A stretch of 64,000 nucleotides of DNA from Euprymna scolopes (taxonomy: Eukaryota). Under the pieces are notes generated by a model, which had not been told where the DNA came from, did not search any database, and was given only the letters and a program-made list of their open reading frames with translations. The position numbers were made by a program, and so were the translations under genes. Shown in pieces: positions 63,927 through 64,000 of the stretch. Location: assembly GCA_053919585.1 (NCBI GenBank), contig CM132788.1; one strand, given 5' to 3'. Positions within the stretch are counted from its first letter, which is position 1. Each line of letters opens with the position of its first letter.

Positions 63927-64000
63927 CTGAAAAAAAAAAAAAAAAAAAAAAAAAATCAAAGTACTTCTGCATTTTAGTAACCAGCAGAGCATTACCACTG

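Overview
AT-rich, repeat-dense animal genomic DNA with two N-gaps (12659-12855, 54073-54221). The repeat content (CR1-group and RTE LINEs, Helitrons, Tc1/mariner, hAT, Penelope-like repeats, long (TA)n tracts) suggests an invertebrate, possibly a mollusc or cephalopod; this is inference only. The one host gene is NSF (vesicle-fusing AAA+ ATPase) on the minus strand. I traced 18 coding exons by hand from 63926 to the stop at 15130 (1900 nt, about 632 codons); all have GT-AG boundaries and consistent phases, and the N-terminal exons lie beyond the window. The rest is intron or intergenic sequence filled with transposon relics. Most notable: (1) a 308-nt TG...CA-bounded, multi-helix element at 17347-17654 whose wobbles all read G-U on the + strand; (2) two ~96% identical inverted LINE ends bracketing two NSF exons that would back-splice into a 201-nt stop-free circle; (3) two 5S-rRNA-headed SINE3-like elements; (4) a dispersed repeat with a minimal hammerhead-ribozyme-like core; (5) a DD37E (TRT-like) transposon with IR/DR ends. 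No prokaryotic features, CRISPR arrays or tRNA genes were seen.
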